Shown: positions 9,505 to 18,186, counted from the stretch's first letter. The stretch: DNA of 32,000 nt from an uncultured Oscillospiraceae bacterium (GCA_934527315.1 CAKTAK010000009.1:22835-54834); one strand, 5' to 3'. Notes: generated by a model from the sequence alone, not told the origin. Numbers and translations are program-made.

Positions 9505-10821
9505 ATGGCGGAAACGGCCAGACAAACCGCATATCGCATTCTCATGCGCTGCCGGAAAAACGGCGCATGGAGTGAGAACACCATCAGCAGCGAGATTTCT
9601 CGGGCAAAATTAGATAGTCGAGATGCTGCGCTGTGTTCCCGGATTGTTCTGGGCGTTTTGCAGAATCGTGCGCTGTTGGATTTTTATATTGCTGGCTATT
9701 GCGCCACGCCGATTCACAAACTGGACCCGCAGGTATTGGATATTCTGCGGCTGTCGGCCTATCAGCTGACGCAGATGGACAAAATTCCCGCCTCCGCGGC
9801 GGTGAATGAGGGAGTCCGGCTGTGCAAGGAAAACGGATTGAGCCGGGCGTCCGGTTTGGTGAATGCCGTATTGCGAAAATTGGCGGACCATCGAGAAAAT
9901 TTGCCGGAGGTGCCGGGAAAGGGCACGGCTGCGTACCTTGCCACGAAGTACAGCCACCCGCTGTGGTTGGTGGAAGAGTATGTGGCGGCTTACGGATATG
10001 ACTTTACAGAGGCAGCCCTTGCAGCAAACAATGAAACACCCCCGGTTTATGCCCAGAGCAATCCCCTCCGGCCCATGGATTTGACGGAAGGCTTGTCCGC
10101 CTATGACCCGCGGCCGACGGAGGTTCCGGGCTGCTACGTGCTGAAAAGCTCTGCAGGGATTGCGGAGACCGAGGCATTCCGTCGGGGCGGATTTTATATT
10201 CAGGACCTGGCGGCCAAGCTGTCGGCTATGGTTGCCGGGGCAGCGCCGGGCATGACCGTTTTGGACGTGTGCGCGGCACCCGGCGGAAAAAGCATGGCCG
10301 CAGCGATGGCGATGAACAATGAGGGCCGCATCATTTCCTGTGATATTCACGAGAAAAAGCTCCGGCTGATTCGGGAAAACGGGGAACGTTTGGGCGTCAC
10401 CATTCTGGAAACCCGGGCGATGGACGCTCGGACGCCCGAAGAGGACTTGCGGGGAATTGCAGACATTGTGATTGCCGACGTGCCTTGCTCCGGTTTGGGT
10501 GTGATTCGCCGGAAACCGGAAATCCGGGAGAAAAGTCCGGAGGAATTGGACCGTCTGCCGGAAATTCAGCGGGCGATTCTGGAAGGCGAGGCTGCCTGCG
10601 TGAAACCCGGCGGCGTGCTGCTGTACAGCACCTGCACGGTGCGGCAGCGGGAAAATGAAGATGTCGTCCGGGAGTTTCTGTCCCGCCACGGGGAATTTTC
10701 CTTGGAACCCTTTGAACTGCCCTTGGGGATTGGCAAGGTTTCCGCGGGGATGTTTACATTCTGGCCCCATCTTCACGGAACCGATGGATTTTTTGTGTGC
10801 AAAATGAGGAAAACAGTATGA
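9505..10821 (+). CDS. rsmB: 16S rRNA (cytosine967-C5)-methyltransferase RsmB/Sun
   Basis: N-terminal NusB-like domain, SAM motif DVCAAPGGKS, catalytic motifs DVPCSGLGVIRRKPE and YSTCT. Confidence 0.92.
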   Translation: MAETARQTAYRILMRCRKNGAWSENTISSEISRAKLDSRDAALCSRIVLGVLQNRALLDFYIAGYCATPIHKLDPQVLDILRLSAYQLTQMDKIPASAAVNEGVRLCKENGLSRASGLVNAVLRKLADHRENLPEVPGKGTAAYLATKYSHPLWLVEEYVAAYGYDFTEAALAANNETPPVYAQSNPLRPMDLTEGLSAYDPRPTEVPGCYVLKSSAGIAETEAFRRGGFYIQDLAAKLSAMVAGAAPGMTVLDVCAAPGGKSMAAAMAMNNEGRIISCDIHEKKLRLIRENGERLGVTILETRAMDARTPEEDLRGIADIVIADVPCSGLGVIRRKPEIREKSPEELDRLPEIQRAILEGEAACVKPGGVLLYSTCTVRQRENEDVVREFLSRHGEFSLEPFELPLGIGKVSAGMFTFWPHLHGTDGFFVCKMRKTV

Positions 10822-11843
10822 GAGACATTAAAGCAATGCTGCCGGAGGAAATTGAGGCTGCGCTGAAGGAAATGGGTCAGCCGAAATACCGGGCGGGCCA
10901 GATTTTTGAGTGGCTGACCCGGGGCGTGAAGTCCTTTGACGAGATGAGCAATCTGCCCAAGGATTTGCGCGCCAAACTGGCGGAAGAATTTTATATAGAC
11001 GGTCTGACCTGCCTGCGCAAACAGGTTTCTCAGGAAGACGGCACCATCAAATATCTCTGGCAGCTGCGGGACGGCAATGCCGTGGAAACGGTTGTGATGC
11101 GGTATAAATACGGCAACACGGTGTGCATTTCCTCTCAGGTCGGCTGCCGGCAGGGCTGCGCATTCTGCGCCTCCACCATCGGCGGCTTGGTCCGTTGTTT
11201 GGAGCCGTCGGAAATGCTGGACGAGGTGCTGTATTCTCAAATGGAATCCGGTTTGCCCATCGGACACATTGTGCTGATGGGAATCGGGGAACCGCTGGAT
11301 AACTTTGACAATGTTATGCGGTTTTTGGAATTGGTGAATCACCCGAAGGGAATGAACATCGGAATGCGCCACATTTCCCTGTCCACCTGCGGTTTGATTG
11401 AAAAATTTGACAAACTGGCCGAACGTAATTTACAATTAACATTATCCGTATCGCTACATGCACCCGATGATGAAACCCGGAGTAAAATCATGCCGGCCAA
11501 CCGCGGCCGGGGCGTGGAGAATCTGATCAGTGCCTGCGAGCGGTATTATGAGAAGACGGGACGGCGGATTTCCTTTGAATACGCCATGATTGACGGCGTA
11601 AACGATACCCCGGAGCATGCAAAGCTGCTGGCAAAGCATGCCCGCCGGGTGAGCGCCCATGTCAATCTGATTCCCTTGAACCATGTGGACGAAAGCAAGT
11701 TTGAACCCAGTACGCCGGAGCATTTGAAGGCATTCCAGAAAATCCTGCGGGATTCCGGTGTGAATGCCACGGTGCGGCGGAAATTGGGCGGCGATATTGA
11801 CGCATCTTGCGGACAGCTGCGAAAGAAATTGGCCACCCGGTAA
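10818..11843 (+). CDS. rlmN: 23S rRNA/tRNA (adenine-C2)-methyltransferase RlmN (radical SAM)
   Basis: Radical SAM region CRQGCAFCAS and GIGEPLDN. Start chosen at ATG 10818 (GAGGA 7 nt upstream, ATGA overlap with the rsmB stop) rather than the track GTG at 10797. Confidence 0.93.
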   Translation: MRDIKAMLPEEIEAALKEMGQPKYRAGQIFEWLTRGVKSFDEMSNLPKDLRAKLAEEFYIDGLTCLRKQVSQEDGTIKYLWQLRDGNAVETVVMRYKYGNTVCISSQVGCRQGCAFCASTIGGLVRCLEPSEMLDEVLYSQMESGLPIGHIVLMGIGEPLDNFDNVMRFLELVNHPKGMNIGMRHISLSTCGLIEKFDKLAERNLQLTLSVSLHAPDDETRSKIMPANRGRGVENLISACERYYEKTGRRISFEYAMIDGVNDTPEHAKLLAKHARRVSAHVNLIPLNHVDESKFEPSTPEHLKAFQKILRDSGVNATVRRKLGGDIDASCGQLRKKLATR

Positions 11844-11874
11844 CAAACAAACCGGGCTGCTTCGGAGAACATGA

Positions 11875-12612
11875 ATGAACAGTTATGGAGTAACCGACAG
11901 AGGAAAAGTCAGAGCTGAAAATCAAGACAGTTTCGTAATTGAATGGATTGAGAGCAAGGAATGCTTGACGGCTGTGGTCTGCGACGGAATGGGCGGAGCC
12001 AATGCGGGAAGTCTGGCCAGTACGCTGGCATCGAAGAGTTTCATTTTCTATTTGGACGAGAGCATTTCCGCATCTCGCTCCAAAAACCCGGACATCAAGC
12101 GGCATTTGAACAATGCCTGCCGGAAGGCAAACGACCTTGTCTATTCCTATTCCTTTTTCAGCTCGAATTACACCGGTATGGGAACTACGTTGGTGGGCGC
12201 TGCCATGATGGGCAATCAGGCGTTTCTGGTGAATGTGGGAGACAGCCGGGGCTATTGGCTTGGAAAAAAGAAAATTGTCCAGATTACCAAGGACCACTCC
12301 TATGTGCAGACCTTGATTGACAAGGGAATTCTCACGCCGGAACAAGCGGCAAGACACCCGCAGAAAAACTCGATTATGCGGGCTTTGGGGGTGGACGAGC
12401 AGGTGGAGTGCGACCTGTTTGTACAGAAAATGGCCAAAGGAGACCGGATACTGCTATGTACCGACGGTCTGAGCAATTTTTTGACGGAATCTGAAATTTT
12501 GAAACTTGCGCAAACGTATAAAACGCCGGAAGAGCTGGCGAAGAACTTAGTGGAAAGTGCGCTGAATGCCGGCGCAAACGATAACGTGACTGCCGTAGTT
12601 TTGGCACGATGA
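11875..12612 (+). CDS. prpC: PP2C-family Ser/Thr protein phosphatase (PrpC/Stp)
   Basis: TDRGKVRAENQD, VCDGMGG, TDGLSN and ANDNVTAVV are PPM-family metal-binding motifs. Lies upstream of the PASTA kinase, as in Firmicutes. Confidence 0.9.
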   Translation: MNSYGVTDRGKVRAENQDSFVIEWIESKECLTAVVCDGMGGANAGSLASTLASKSFIFYLDESISASRSKNPDIKRHLNNACRKANDLVYSYSFFSSNYTGMGTTLVGAAMMGNQAFLVNVGDSRGYWLGKKKIVQITKDHSYVQTLIDKGILTPEQAARHPQKNSIMRALGVDEQVECDLFVQKMAKGDRILLCTDGLSNFLTESEILKLAQTYKTPEELAKNLVESALNAGANDNVTAVVLAR

Positions 12613-12648
12613 GAGAGCGTTACAACGCAATTTGAATGGAGGTACTCC

Positions 12649-14391
12649 ATGGAAAACGATAGATTTTTGAATACATTGTTAGATGACCGATACCAGATGA
12701 TGGAGGTAATCGGCCGGGGCGGCATGGCGGTGATTTATAAAGCGCTGGATACCCGGCTGAACCGATATGTGGCCATTAAAGTTTTGCGGGCGGATATTGC
12801 AACGGACCCGGAACTCCTTGCGGATTTTACCAGTGAGGCGCAGGCCATTGCAAAGCTGACGCACCCCAATATTGTGGCTGTGTACGACGTGGTTAGTTCT
12901 CCTGCCGCGGATTACATTGTGATGGAGCTGATTGAGGGCATTACGCTGAAACAGTACATTCTCCGCCGGGGGGCATTGAGCTGGAAAGAGGCGTTGCACT
13001 TCTCTACCCAGATTGCCAAGGCATTGGCCCATGCCCACAGCAAGGGAATTATCCATCGGGATATCAAACCCCAGAACGTGATGATTCTGAAAGATGCCAA
13101 TATCAAGGTGGCTGATTTCGGCATTGCTTCTCTGGAAAACCGGAAACGGGAGGCTCAGGGAAAAGCCGTGGGCTCCGTGCACTATATTGCTCCGGAGCAG
13201 GCAAAGGGTTATCCAGCCGATGCGCGCAGCGACGTCTACTCTTTGGGCGTGGTGATGTACGAAATGCTCACCGGTGTGCTGCCTTATGACGGCAATACCC
13301 CCCAGGAAGTGGCCATCAAGCACATTGCAGGGGAGTATATCCCGCCCCGTCAGCTGAAACCGGACATTCCTGAGGAGCTGGAGCGCATTACCATGAAGGC
13401 AATGAATGCCGATATTGATAAGCGGTACAGCTGCGCCGGGGATTTGCTGAAGGATTTGGAGGCATTCCGGCAGAAAATGCTGACCATTGAGACCATGTCT
13501 TCCAACGGCGGCAATCAGCAGGAAGAACCGGCCAATGTGAGACCCGTGTCCGTGCGTGAAGTTTCGGAGGAAACCTATCAGCGCCGCCGGGTGCGCAGTC
13601 GGAGGGTGAGCATCCTCTCCGGTGTGTTCGGCGTGGTTTTGGTGATGCTGGCGCTGTTTGTATTCCTTTGGAATTTCTGGGTGAAAGACCTGTTTGCCGA
13701 TGCGGAGCGGGTGGCAATCCCGCAGTTTGAAGGCAAGCAGTATGAAGACGCCATGCAGGAATTGAAGAGCAATCCCGACCAGGATGTGTTCCGGATTCAC
13801 GTGACGTACACCGTGAACGCCGATGTGCCGGAGGGTCAGGTGATTTCTCAGGAACCGGACGCGGGCAAAACCGTGGTGCCGGATTCTGACGGCATTGACG
13901 TGGAATTGAAGGTCGCAACGGGCATGATGACTCAGCCCATTCCCGATGTGCGGAATATGGAAGTCAGCGACGCTTGCGATGCATTGACCGAAATGGGTTT
14001 TGTAGTGGAGCGGGAGGCTGCGCCCTCCGACAGCGTGACGAAGGATTACGTCATCAGCACCAACCCCGCCGCCGGGGAGAACCTTGCCAGCGGCTCTACG
14101 GTCTATGTGACCTACAGCAGTGGACCGGAAGTGCGTTATGTCACCATGAAGAATCTGATTGGCATGACCGAATCCAATGCCAAAAACACGATTTCCAGTC
14201 TGGGTCTGTCTTTTGGCACCAGCAGCGCCGTGTATAATGACCAGTACGGGGAAGGCATTGTGGTGTGGCAGAGTGTGTCCAGCGGAGAATCCGTGGCAGA
14301 GAAAACAAAGGTCTATCTGCAGGTGTCCAAGGGTCCTAAAGAGGCACCGGAACCGGACAATGCCGGAGACGGAACGGAAACCGGAGATTAA
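12649..14391 (+). CDS. prkC: Ser/Thr protein kinase with three PASTA repeats (PrkC/PknB type)
   Basis: Hanks kinase motifs GRGGMAVIYKA, VAIK, HRDIKPQN, DFG and APEQ. One TM helix (VFGVVLVMLALFVFLW). Three extracellular PASTA-like repeats followed by a short acidic/Gly tail. Confidence 0.93.
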   Translation: MENDRFLNTLLDDRYQMMEVIGRGGMAVIYKALDTRLNRYVAIKVLRADIATDPELLADFTSEAQAIAKLTHPNIVAVYDVVSSPAADYIVMELIEGITLKQYILRRGALSWKEALHFSTQIAKALAHAHSKGIIHRDIKPQNVMILKDANIKVADFGIASLENRKREAQGKAVGSVHYIAPEQAKGYPADARSDVYSLGVVMYEMLTGVLPYDGNTPQEVAIKHIAGEYIPPRQLKPDIPEELERITMKAMNADIDKRYSCAGDLLKDLEAFRQKMLTIETMSSNGGNQQEEPANVRPVSVREVSEETYQRRRVRSRRVSILSGVFGVVLVMLALFVFLWNFWVKDLFADAERVAIPQFEGKQYEDAMQELKSNPDQDVFRIHVTYTVNADVPEGQVISQEPDAGKTVVPDSDGIDVELKVATGMMTQPIPDVRNMEVSDACDALTEMGFVVEREAAPSDSVTKDYVISTNPAAGENLASGSTVYVTYSSGPEVRYVTMKNLIGMTESNAKNTISSLGLSFGTSSAVYNDQYGEGIVVWQSVSSGESVAEKTKVYLQVSKGPKEAPEPDNAGDGTETGD

Positions 14392-14394
14392 AGC

Positions 14395-15279
14395 ATGCCG
14401 ATCGGACGTATTGTAAAAGCCCTGAGCGGGTTCTATTATGTGCAGGAGCCGGACCGTCTGGTGGAGTGCCGGGGCAGCGGAAAGCTGCGTCATCGGGGCA
14501 GCTCCCCGTTGGTAGGCGATTTGGTGGAGTATTCCGTGGACAACACCGGAAAAGGCCGAATCGAACAGATTCAGCCCCGGAAAAACGCCTTTGTCCGCCC
14601 TGCTGTGGCCAATATTGACACCTTGGTGTGCATCACTTCCGATGCCATTCCGGTTACGGATACCTATTTGGTGGACCGCTTGTCTGTGATTGCGGTTCAC
14701 AACAGCTGCGATGTGGTCATCTGCGTGAATAAAGTGGATTTGTGCCGTCTGGAACGGCTGCCGGAAATCTATGCCAAAACCGGGTTCCATGTGCTGCCTG
14801 TCAGCGCAGAAACCGGCGAGGGCATCGAGGACCTGCGGCGGATTCTTTCCGGAAAGCTTTGCGCCTTTACGGGAGATTCCGGTGTGGGCAAGAGCAGTAT
14901 TCTCAATGCGCTGAATCCTGCGTTTTCTCTCCGTGTGGGAGAAGTGAGCGATAAACTGGGCCGCGGACGGCATACTACCCGCCATGTGGAGCTGTTTGAC
15001 CTGGGGGAGGGAACCTACCTGATTGACACCCCGGGTTTTGCCAGTTTTGATATGGAGGCAGTGGAGCCGGTTCGCTGCGGTCAACTGCAGTATGATTTTC
15101 CGGAATTTGAGCCGTTTTTGGGGCAATGCCGGTTTCAGGACTGCGCCCATCTGAAAGAGCCGGATTGTGCGGTTCGCGCCGCGGTGGAGCGGGGAGAGAT
15201 TCACCCGAAACGCTATCAGTCCTACCAATTGATGTACGCCGATGCGTCGAAGTACAAAGAATGGGAATTGAAAAATTGA
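14395..15279 (+). CDS. rsgA: Ribosome small-subunit-dependent GTPase A
   Basis: Circularly permuted GTPase: NKVDL precedes GDSGVGKSS and DTPGF. C-terminal zinc motif CRFQDCAHLKEPDC. Confidence 0.93.
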   Translation: MPIGRIVKALSGFYYVQEPDRLVECRGSGKLRHRGSSPLVGDLVEYSVDNTGKGRIEQIQPRKNAFVRPAVANIDTLVCITSDAIPVTDTYLVDRLSVIAVHNSCDVVICVNKVDLCRLERLPEIYAKTGFHVLPVSAETGEGIEDLRRILSGKLCAFTGDSGVGKSSILNALNPAFSLRVGEVSDKLGRGRHTTRHVELFDLGEGTYLIDTPGFASFDMEAVEPVRCGQLQYDFPEFEPFLGQCRFQDCAHLKEPDCAVRAAVERGEIHPKRYQSYQLMYADASKYKEWELKN

Positions 15280-15349
15280 ATTGAGGCACAATTGCACTGC
15301 CTTCTGCGTATACTGTAACGAATTCGTTTACGCGGAAGGCGGTTTTTCT

Positions 15350-15508
15350 ATGCGCAGACGGCGAAATCCACGAAAGGGCATTGGTTTGATTGCCATCACA
15401 GCCGGCGTTGTAATCCTGCTTGCCATGATTTTACCGGTGGGATTCTGGTGGTTTATGTTGGCTGTGCTCTTGATTTCCGTGGGAATCTGGTATAACCGTT
15501 GCAGATGA
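15350..15508 (+). CDS. Hypothetical 52-aa two-TM membrane peptide
   Basis: ATG 15350 with GGAAGG 10 nt upstream. Encodes MRRRRNPRKG plus two hydrophobic helices. Its stop TGA (15506-15508) is embedded in the spoVM SD. No family recognised. The track start TTG 15281 is unsupported. Confidence 0.4.
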   Translation: MRRRRNPRKGIGLIAITAGVVILLAMILPVGFWWFMLAVLLISVGIWYNRCR

Positions 15509-15520
15509 GGAGGGAAAGGT

Positions 15521-15589
15521 ATGAAATTCTGCATCATTAAGCTCCCGTCATTTTTGGGAAAGTTCATTCAGAAATTTATGAAACCGTGA
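15521..15589 (+). CDS. spoVM: Stage V sporulation protein M (22-aa amphipathic peptide), not in the supplied ORF track
   Basis: ATG 15521 preceded by GAGGAGGGAAAGG. Translation is MKFCIIKLPSFLGKFIQKFMKP, against B. subtilis SpoVM MKFYTIKLPKFLGGIVRAMLGSFRKD (recalled from memory). Same syntenic neighbourhood, downstream of prkC-rsgA, as in B. subtilis. Confidence 0.8.
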   Translation: MKFCIIKLPSFLGKFIQKFMKP

Positions 15590-15668
15590 AATCGGTTCTA
15601 ACCCCGATGGAACGAACATAAGATAAGCCAGAAATATCCCCCAGCGGGCAGAACATAAGGAGGCTATT

Positions 15669-17174
15669 ATGGACGTTGCACTGCAAACACAGACATTCAC
15701 CGGGTATGAACCCGTTTTTTCGGACGCACAGACTTTGGAAACTGCCGGGGAGATGATTGTACCGGACAAAATGCCGGACATCGGCCGCATTGCAGATGCC
15801 GACGGTGTGGTGCTGCTGCGGAGCAAAGAGGCGGAAGACGGGAAACTGCGGCTGCAGGGAGAGGTGCAGGTTTCGGTGCTGTATCTTCCGGACGGCGCGG
15901 CGGGCTTTCGGGCGCTGCACCTTGCGCTGCCGTTGGAGCTTTTGGCGGAATCGGAGGAAATTTCCCACAACTGCGTGCCTGCTGCGGAGTTGACCCTTGC
16001 AGGGGTGGAGGCAAGAATTCTCAACCCCAGAAAAATTCTGGTGCGGGCAGAGGTACAGGCGGAGACAGCTTGCTATGGGTTCACCACATACAGCTATTCC
16101 GCTGATGTGGAAAAATCCCCGGAGGCGCCCATTCAGCTGCGGCAGACCACGGAGAAAATCAGTGTGATTCCGTCGGTGTGCGAGCGGACGTTTGTGGTCA
16201 CGGACGAAATTGCCCTGTCCGGTGCCGCAGCCGACGGAGAAATCGTCAGCCGGCGGGCGCAATTCCGTATGGACGATGTGAAAACCGTGGGAAATAAAAT
16301 GATTCTCAAAGGCAGCGTGGTTTCCGATGTGGCCTATCTCAACAGCGCATTCCGGCTGGAATCGGTGTCATTTACCACACCCTTTTCGCAGATTATGGAG
16401 ATGGACAGCGAGGAGATTACCCCCAACGCCAGATTCCGTGTAATGGCCACGGGATTGTATTATGAGCTGAATCACGGGGAAAGCGGCGACCGCTTGACCA
16501 TGGAGCTGCATGCGGTGTGTCAGACTGCGGCGTTGTCCATGCGGGAGGTTTCCTATATTGCCGACGCGTACAGCAATGCCTATCCCTGCGCGCCGGAGTA
16601 TCGGACGGACCGGGTGCGGTTGGATACCCATGCCGAGACGCTGCGGGAAACACTGCGGGAGAACATGGGCGGGAAATCCGACGTGGAATCCGTACAGCTT
16701 GCAGCTTGCCGGGTGAGTGCCTGCACAGTGCGGACAGATGGGGTGTACATTCGGCTGGAATTAAAACTTTGTGTTCAGTATGCCGCAGGGGTGTCGGACT
16801 GCCTGAGCAAAACCGTGGAGGTGCAGTTTGCCGCCGGCGAGACGGAGGGGGAACGTGTGCCGGAGCGGGTGCGGTGCCTGGATTTGCATACGGTGCTTTC
16901 CGGCGGCGGGGTAGAGGTTCGGCTGACGGTGGAGGCAGATTTGCGTACCACCCGGTGGGGAACCCTGCGGAGTCTGACGGGATTGACCTTGGACGAGGAA
17001 CAGCTCAGTTGTCAGAATCGTCCGTCGCTGACGGTCATTCAATCCGGCGGCGCCTTGTGGGATTTGGCCCGGAAATACGGCTCCACGGTGGAATTGATTC
17101 GCGCATGGAATGATTCCGAGGGGGATTTTGCACCCTCCGGAGAGGTTCTTCTCATTCCCCGGGAGCGATTTTAA
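15669..17174 (+). CDS. SipL/SpoVID-like spore morphogenetic protein (DUF3794-type repeats plus C-terminal LysM)
   Basis: AAGGAGG SD 5 nt upstream. Body is made of repeated beta-rich modules. C-terminus LTVIQSGGALWDLARKYGSTVELIRAWNDS...GEVLLIP fits the LysM consensus. Adjacent to spoVM. Confidence 0.72.
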   Translation: MDVALQTQTFTGYEPVFSDAQTLETAGEMIVPDKMPDIGRIADADGVVLLRSKEAEDGKLRLQGEVQVSVLYLPDGAAGFRALHLALPLELLAESEEISHNCVPAAELTLAGVEARILNPRKILVRAEVQAETACYGFTTYSYSADVEKSPEAPIQLRQTTEKISVIPSVCERTFVVTDEIALSGAAADGEIVSRRAQFRMDDVKTVGNKMILKGSVVSDVAYLNSAFRLESVSFTTPFSQIMEMDSEEITPNARFRVMATGLYYELNHGESGDRLTMELHAVCQTAALSMREVSYIADAYSNAYPCAPEYRTDRVRLDTHAETLRETLRENMGGKSDVESVQLAACRVSACTVRTDGVYIRLELKLCVQYAAGVSDCLSKTVEVQFAAGETEGERVPERVRCLDLHTVLSGGGVEVRLTVEADLRTTRWGTLRSLTGLTLDEEQLSCQNRPSLTVIQSGGALWDLARKYGSTVELIRAWNDSEGDFAPSGEVLLIPRERF

Positions 17175-17176
17175 GG

Positions 17177-17213
17177 AAAAAACCGCGGTTTTCCTCAAAA
17201 CCGCGGCTTTTTT
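17177..17213 (+). terminator. Rho-independent terminator after the sipL-like gene
   Basis: Perfect 10-bp stem CCGCGGTTTT(17183-17192)/AAAACCGCGG(17197-17206), loop CCTC, followed by C and T6. Confidence 0.8.
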
Positions 17214-17226
17214 ACTGAATCAGGGC

Positions 17227-17256
17227 TTGCAATAGAGTGTCAATGTGTGGTAAAAT
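17227..17256 (+). promoter_or_regulatory. Sigma-A promoter of yebC
   Basis: TTGCAA (17227-17232), 18-nt spacer ending in TGG (extended -10 TGn), TAAAAT (17251-17256). Lies 31 nt upstream of the ATG. Confidence 0.6.
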
Positions 17257-17286
17257 ATCTGGGCAATTTCCAGAGGGGGTATTACC

Positions 17287-18030
17287 ATGTCAGGACATTC
17301 CAAATGGCATAATATACAGAAAACCAAAGGCGCAGCAGACGCAAAGCGCGCTCAGGCCTTTACCAAAATTGCCCGCGAAATCATCGTGGCGGTAAAGCAG
17401 GGCGGCAGCGGCGACCCGGCCAATAACTCTTCTTTGGCACAGGTCATTGCCAAGGCAAAGGCAGCCAACATGCCCAACGATAATATCAAGAGAACCATTG
17501 ATAAGGCACTGGGCGCCGGCAATACAGATGATTACGAAAGCATCACCTACGAAGGCTACGGCCCCTGCGGTGTTGCAATTATCGTGGAAACCATGACGGA
17601 TAACCGCAACCGTACGGCCGGTGATGTGCGTCATTTCTTCGATAAATACGGCGGAAACATGGGCGCAGCCGGCTGCGTTTCCTGGTCTTTCGATAAGAAG
17701 GGCGTTATCGTCATCAACAATGAGGACGAAGATCTGGACGAAGACGCAGTGATGATGGACGCACTGGAAGCCGGTGCGGATGACGTGGAGAAAGACGGCG
17801 AAGTGTTCGAAGTCACCACCGACCCCGATGCATTCCAGCAGGTGTTCGACGCACTGGAGAAGGCAGGCTATCAGTTCGTTTCCGCACAGGTGGAAATGGT
17901 TCCTCAGAACTACATTTCCGTCACCGATGAGGGCGACCGCAAGAACCTGAACAAGATGCTGGAAATGTTCGAGGACAACGACGATGTCCAGAACGTCTGG
18001 CACAACTGGGAGAACGCCGACGAGGAGTAA
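17287..18030 (+). CDS. yebC: YebC/PmpR family DNA-binding regulatory protein
   Basis: MSGHSKWHNIQKTKGAADAKRAQAFTKIAREI is the invariant N-terminus of the family. Monocistronic, with its own promoter and terminator. Confidence 0.93.
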   Translation: MSGHSKWHNIQKTKGAADAKRAQAFTKIAREIIVAVKQGGSGDPANNSSLAQVIAKAKAANMPNDNIKRTIDKALGAGNTDDYESITYEGYGPCGVAIIVETMTDNRNRTAGDVRHFFDKYGGNMGAAGCVSWSFDKKGVIVINNEDEDLDEDAVMMDALEAGADDVEKDGEVFEVTTDPDAFQQVFDALEKAGYQFVSAQVEMVPQNYISVTDEGDRKNLNKMLEMFEDNDDVQNVWHNWENADEE

Positions 18031-18054
18031 TCCCGCACTGATAATTTGTAAAAA

Positions 18055-18085
18055 AGGCTGTTTCCGTAGGGAGACGGCCTTTTTT
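18055..18085 (+). terminator. Rho-independent terminator after yebC
   Basis: AGGCTGTTTCC/GGGAGACGGCCT stem (two G-U pairs), GTAG loop, followed by T5. Confidence 0.8.
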
Positions 18086-18186
18086 GCTGCTTATATGCGC
18101 TTAAAATAGCTGCACAAGCACGTCAGCTGCGATTAACGGGACGTTTCCACATTCCGCAGTCCGAATTGCTTAGTAAAAAAATATGC

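Noticed and set aside
5243-11372. Series of 166-405 aa minus-strand ORFs (5243-6208, 5863-6363, 6428-7408, 7532-8749, 8520-9584, 9610-10776, 10773-11372), plus others at 28723-30393 and 30646-31380
   Set aside because: All lie antisense to well-supported + strand housekeeping genes (priA, def, fmt, rsmB, rlmN, ligA, DUF2156). None has recognisable domains.
12679-15297. 872-aa minus-strand ORF, the longest in the window
   Set aside because: It is exactly antisense to prkC and rsgA, which have unambiguous kinase and GTPase motifs. Its translation is low-complexity (R/H/G/P/Q-rich) with no recognisable motif and no SD. Stop-poor antisense frames are expected in GC3-rich coding DNA.
15317-15328. 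12-bp palindrome AACGAATTCGTT (EcoRI-centred) between rsgA and the 52-aa ORF
   Set aside because: Palindromes of this size are expected several times by chance in 32 kb. There is no supporting context.
15590-15668. Possible sporulation-sigma promoter for the sipL-like gene (CATAAGATA at 15617-15625 resembles sigma-K/sigma-E -10 elements). Similar weak matches occur at 15286-15316 upstream of the 52-aa ORF.
   Set aside because: The -35 matches and spacings are poor, and I cannot score them without a position weight matrix. They are too weak to annotate.
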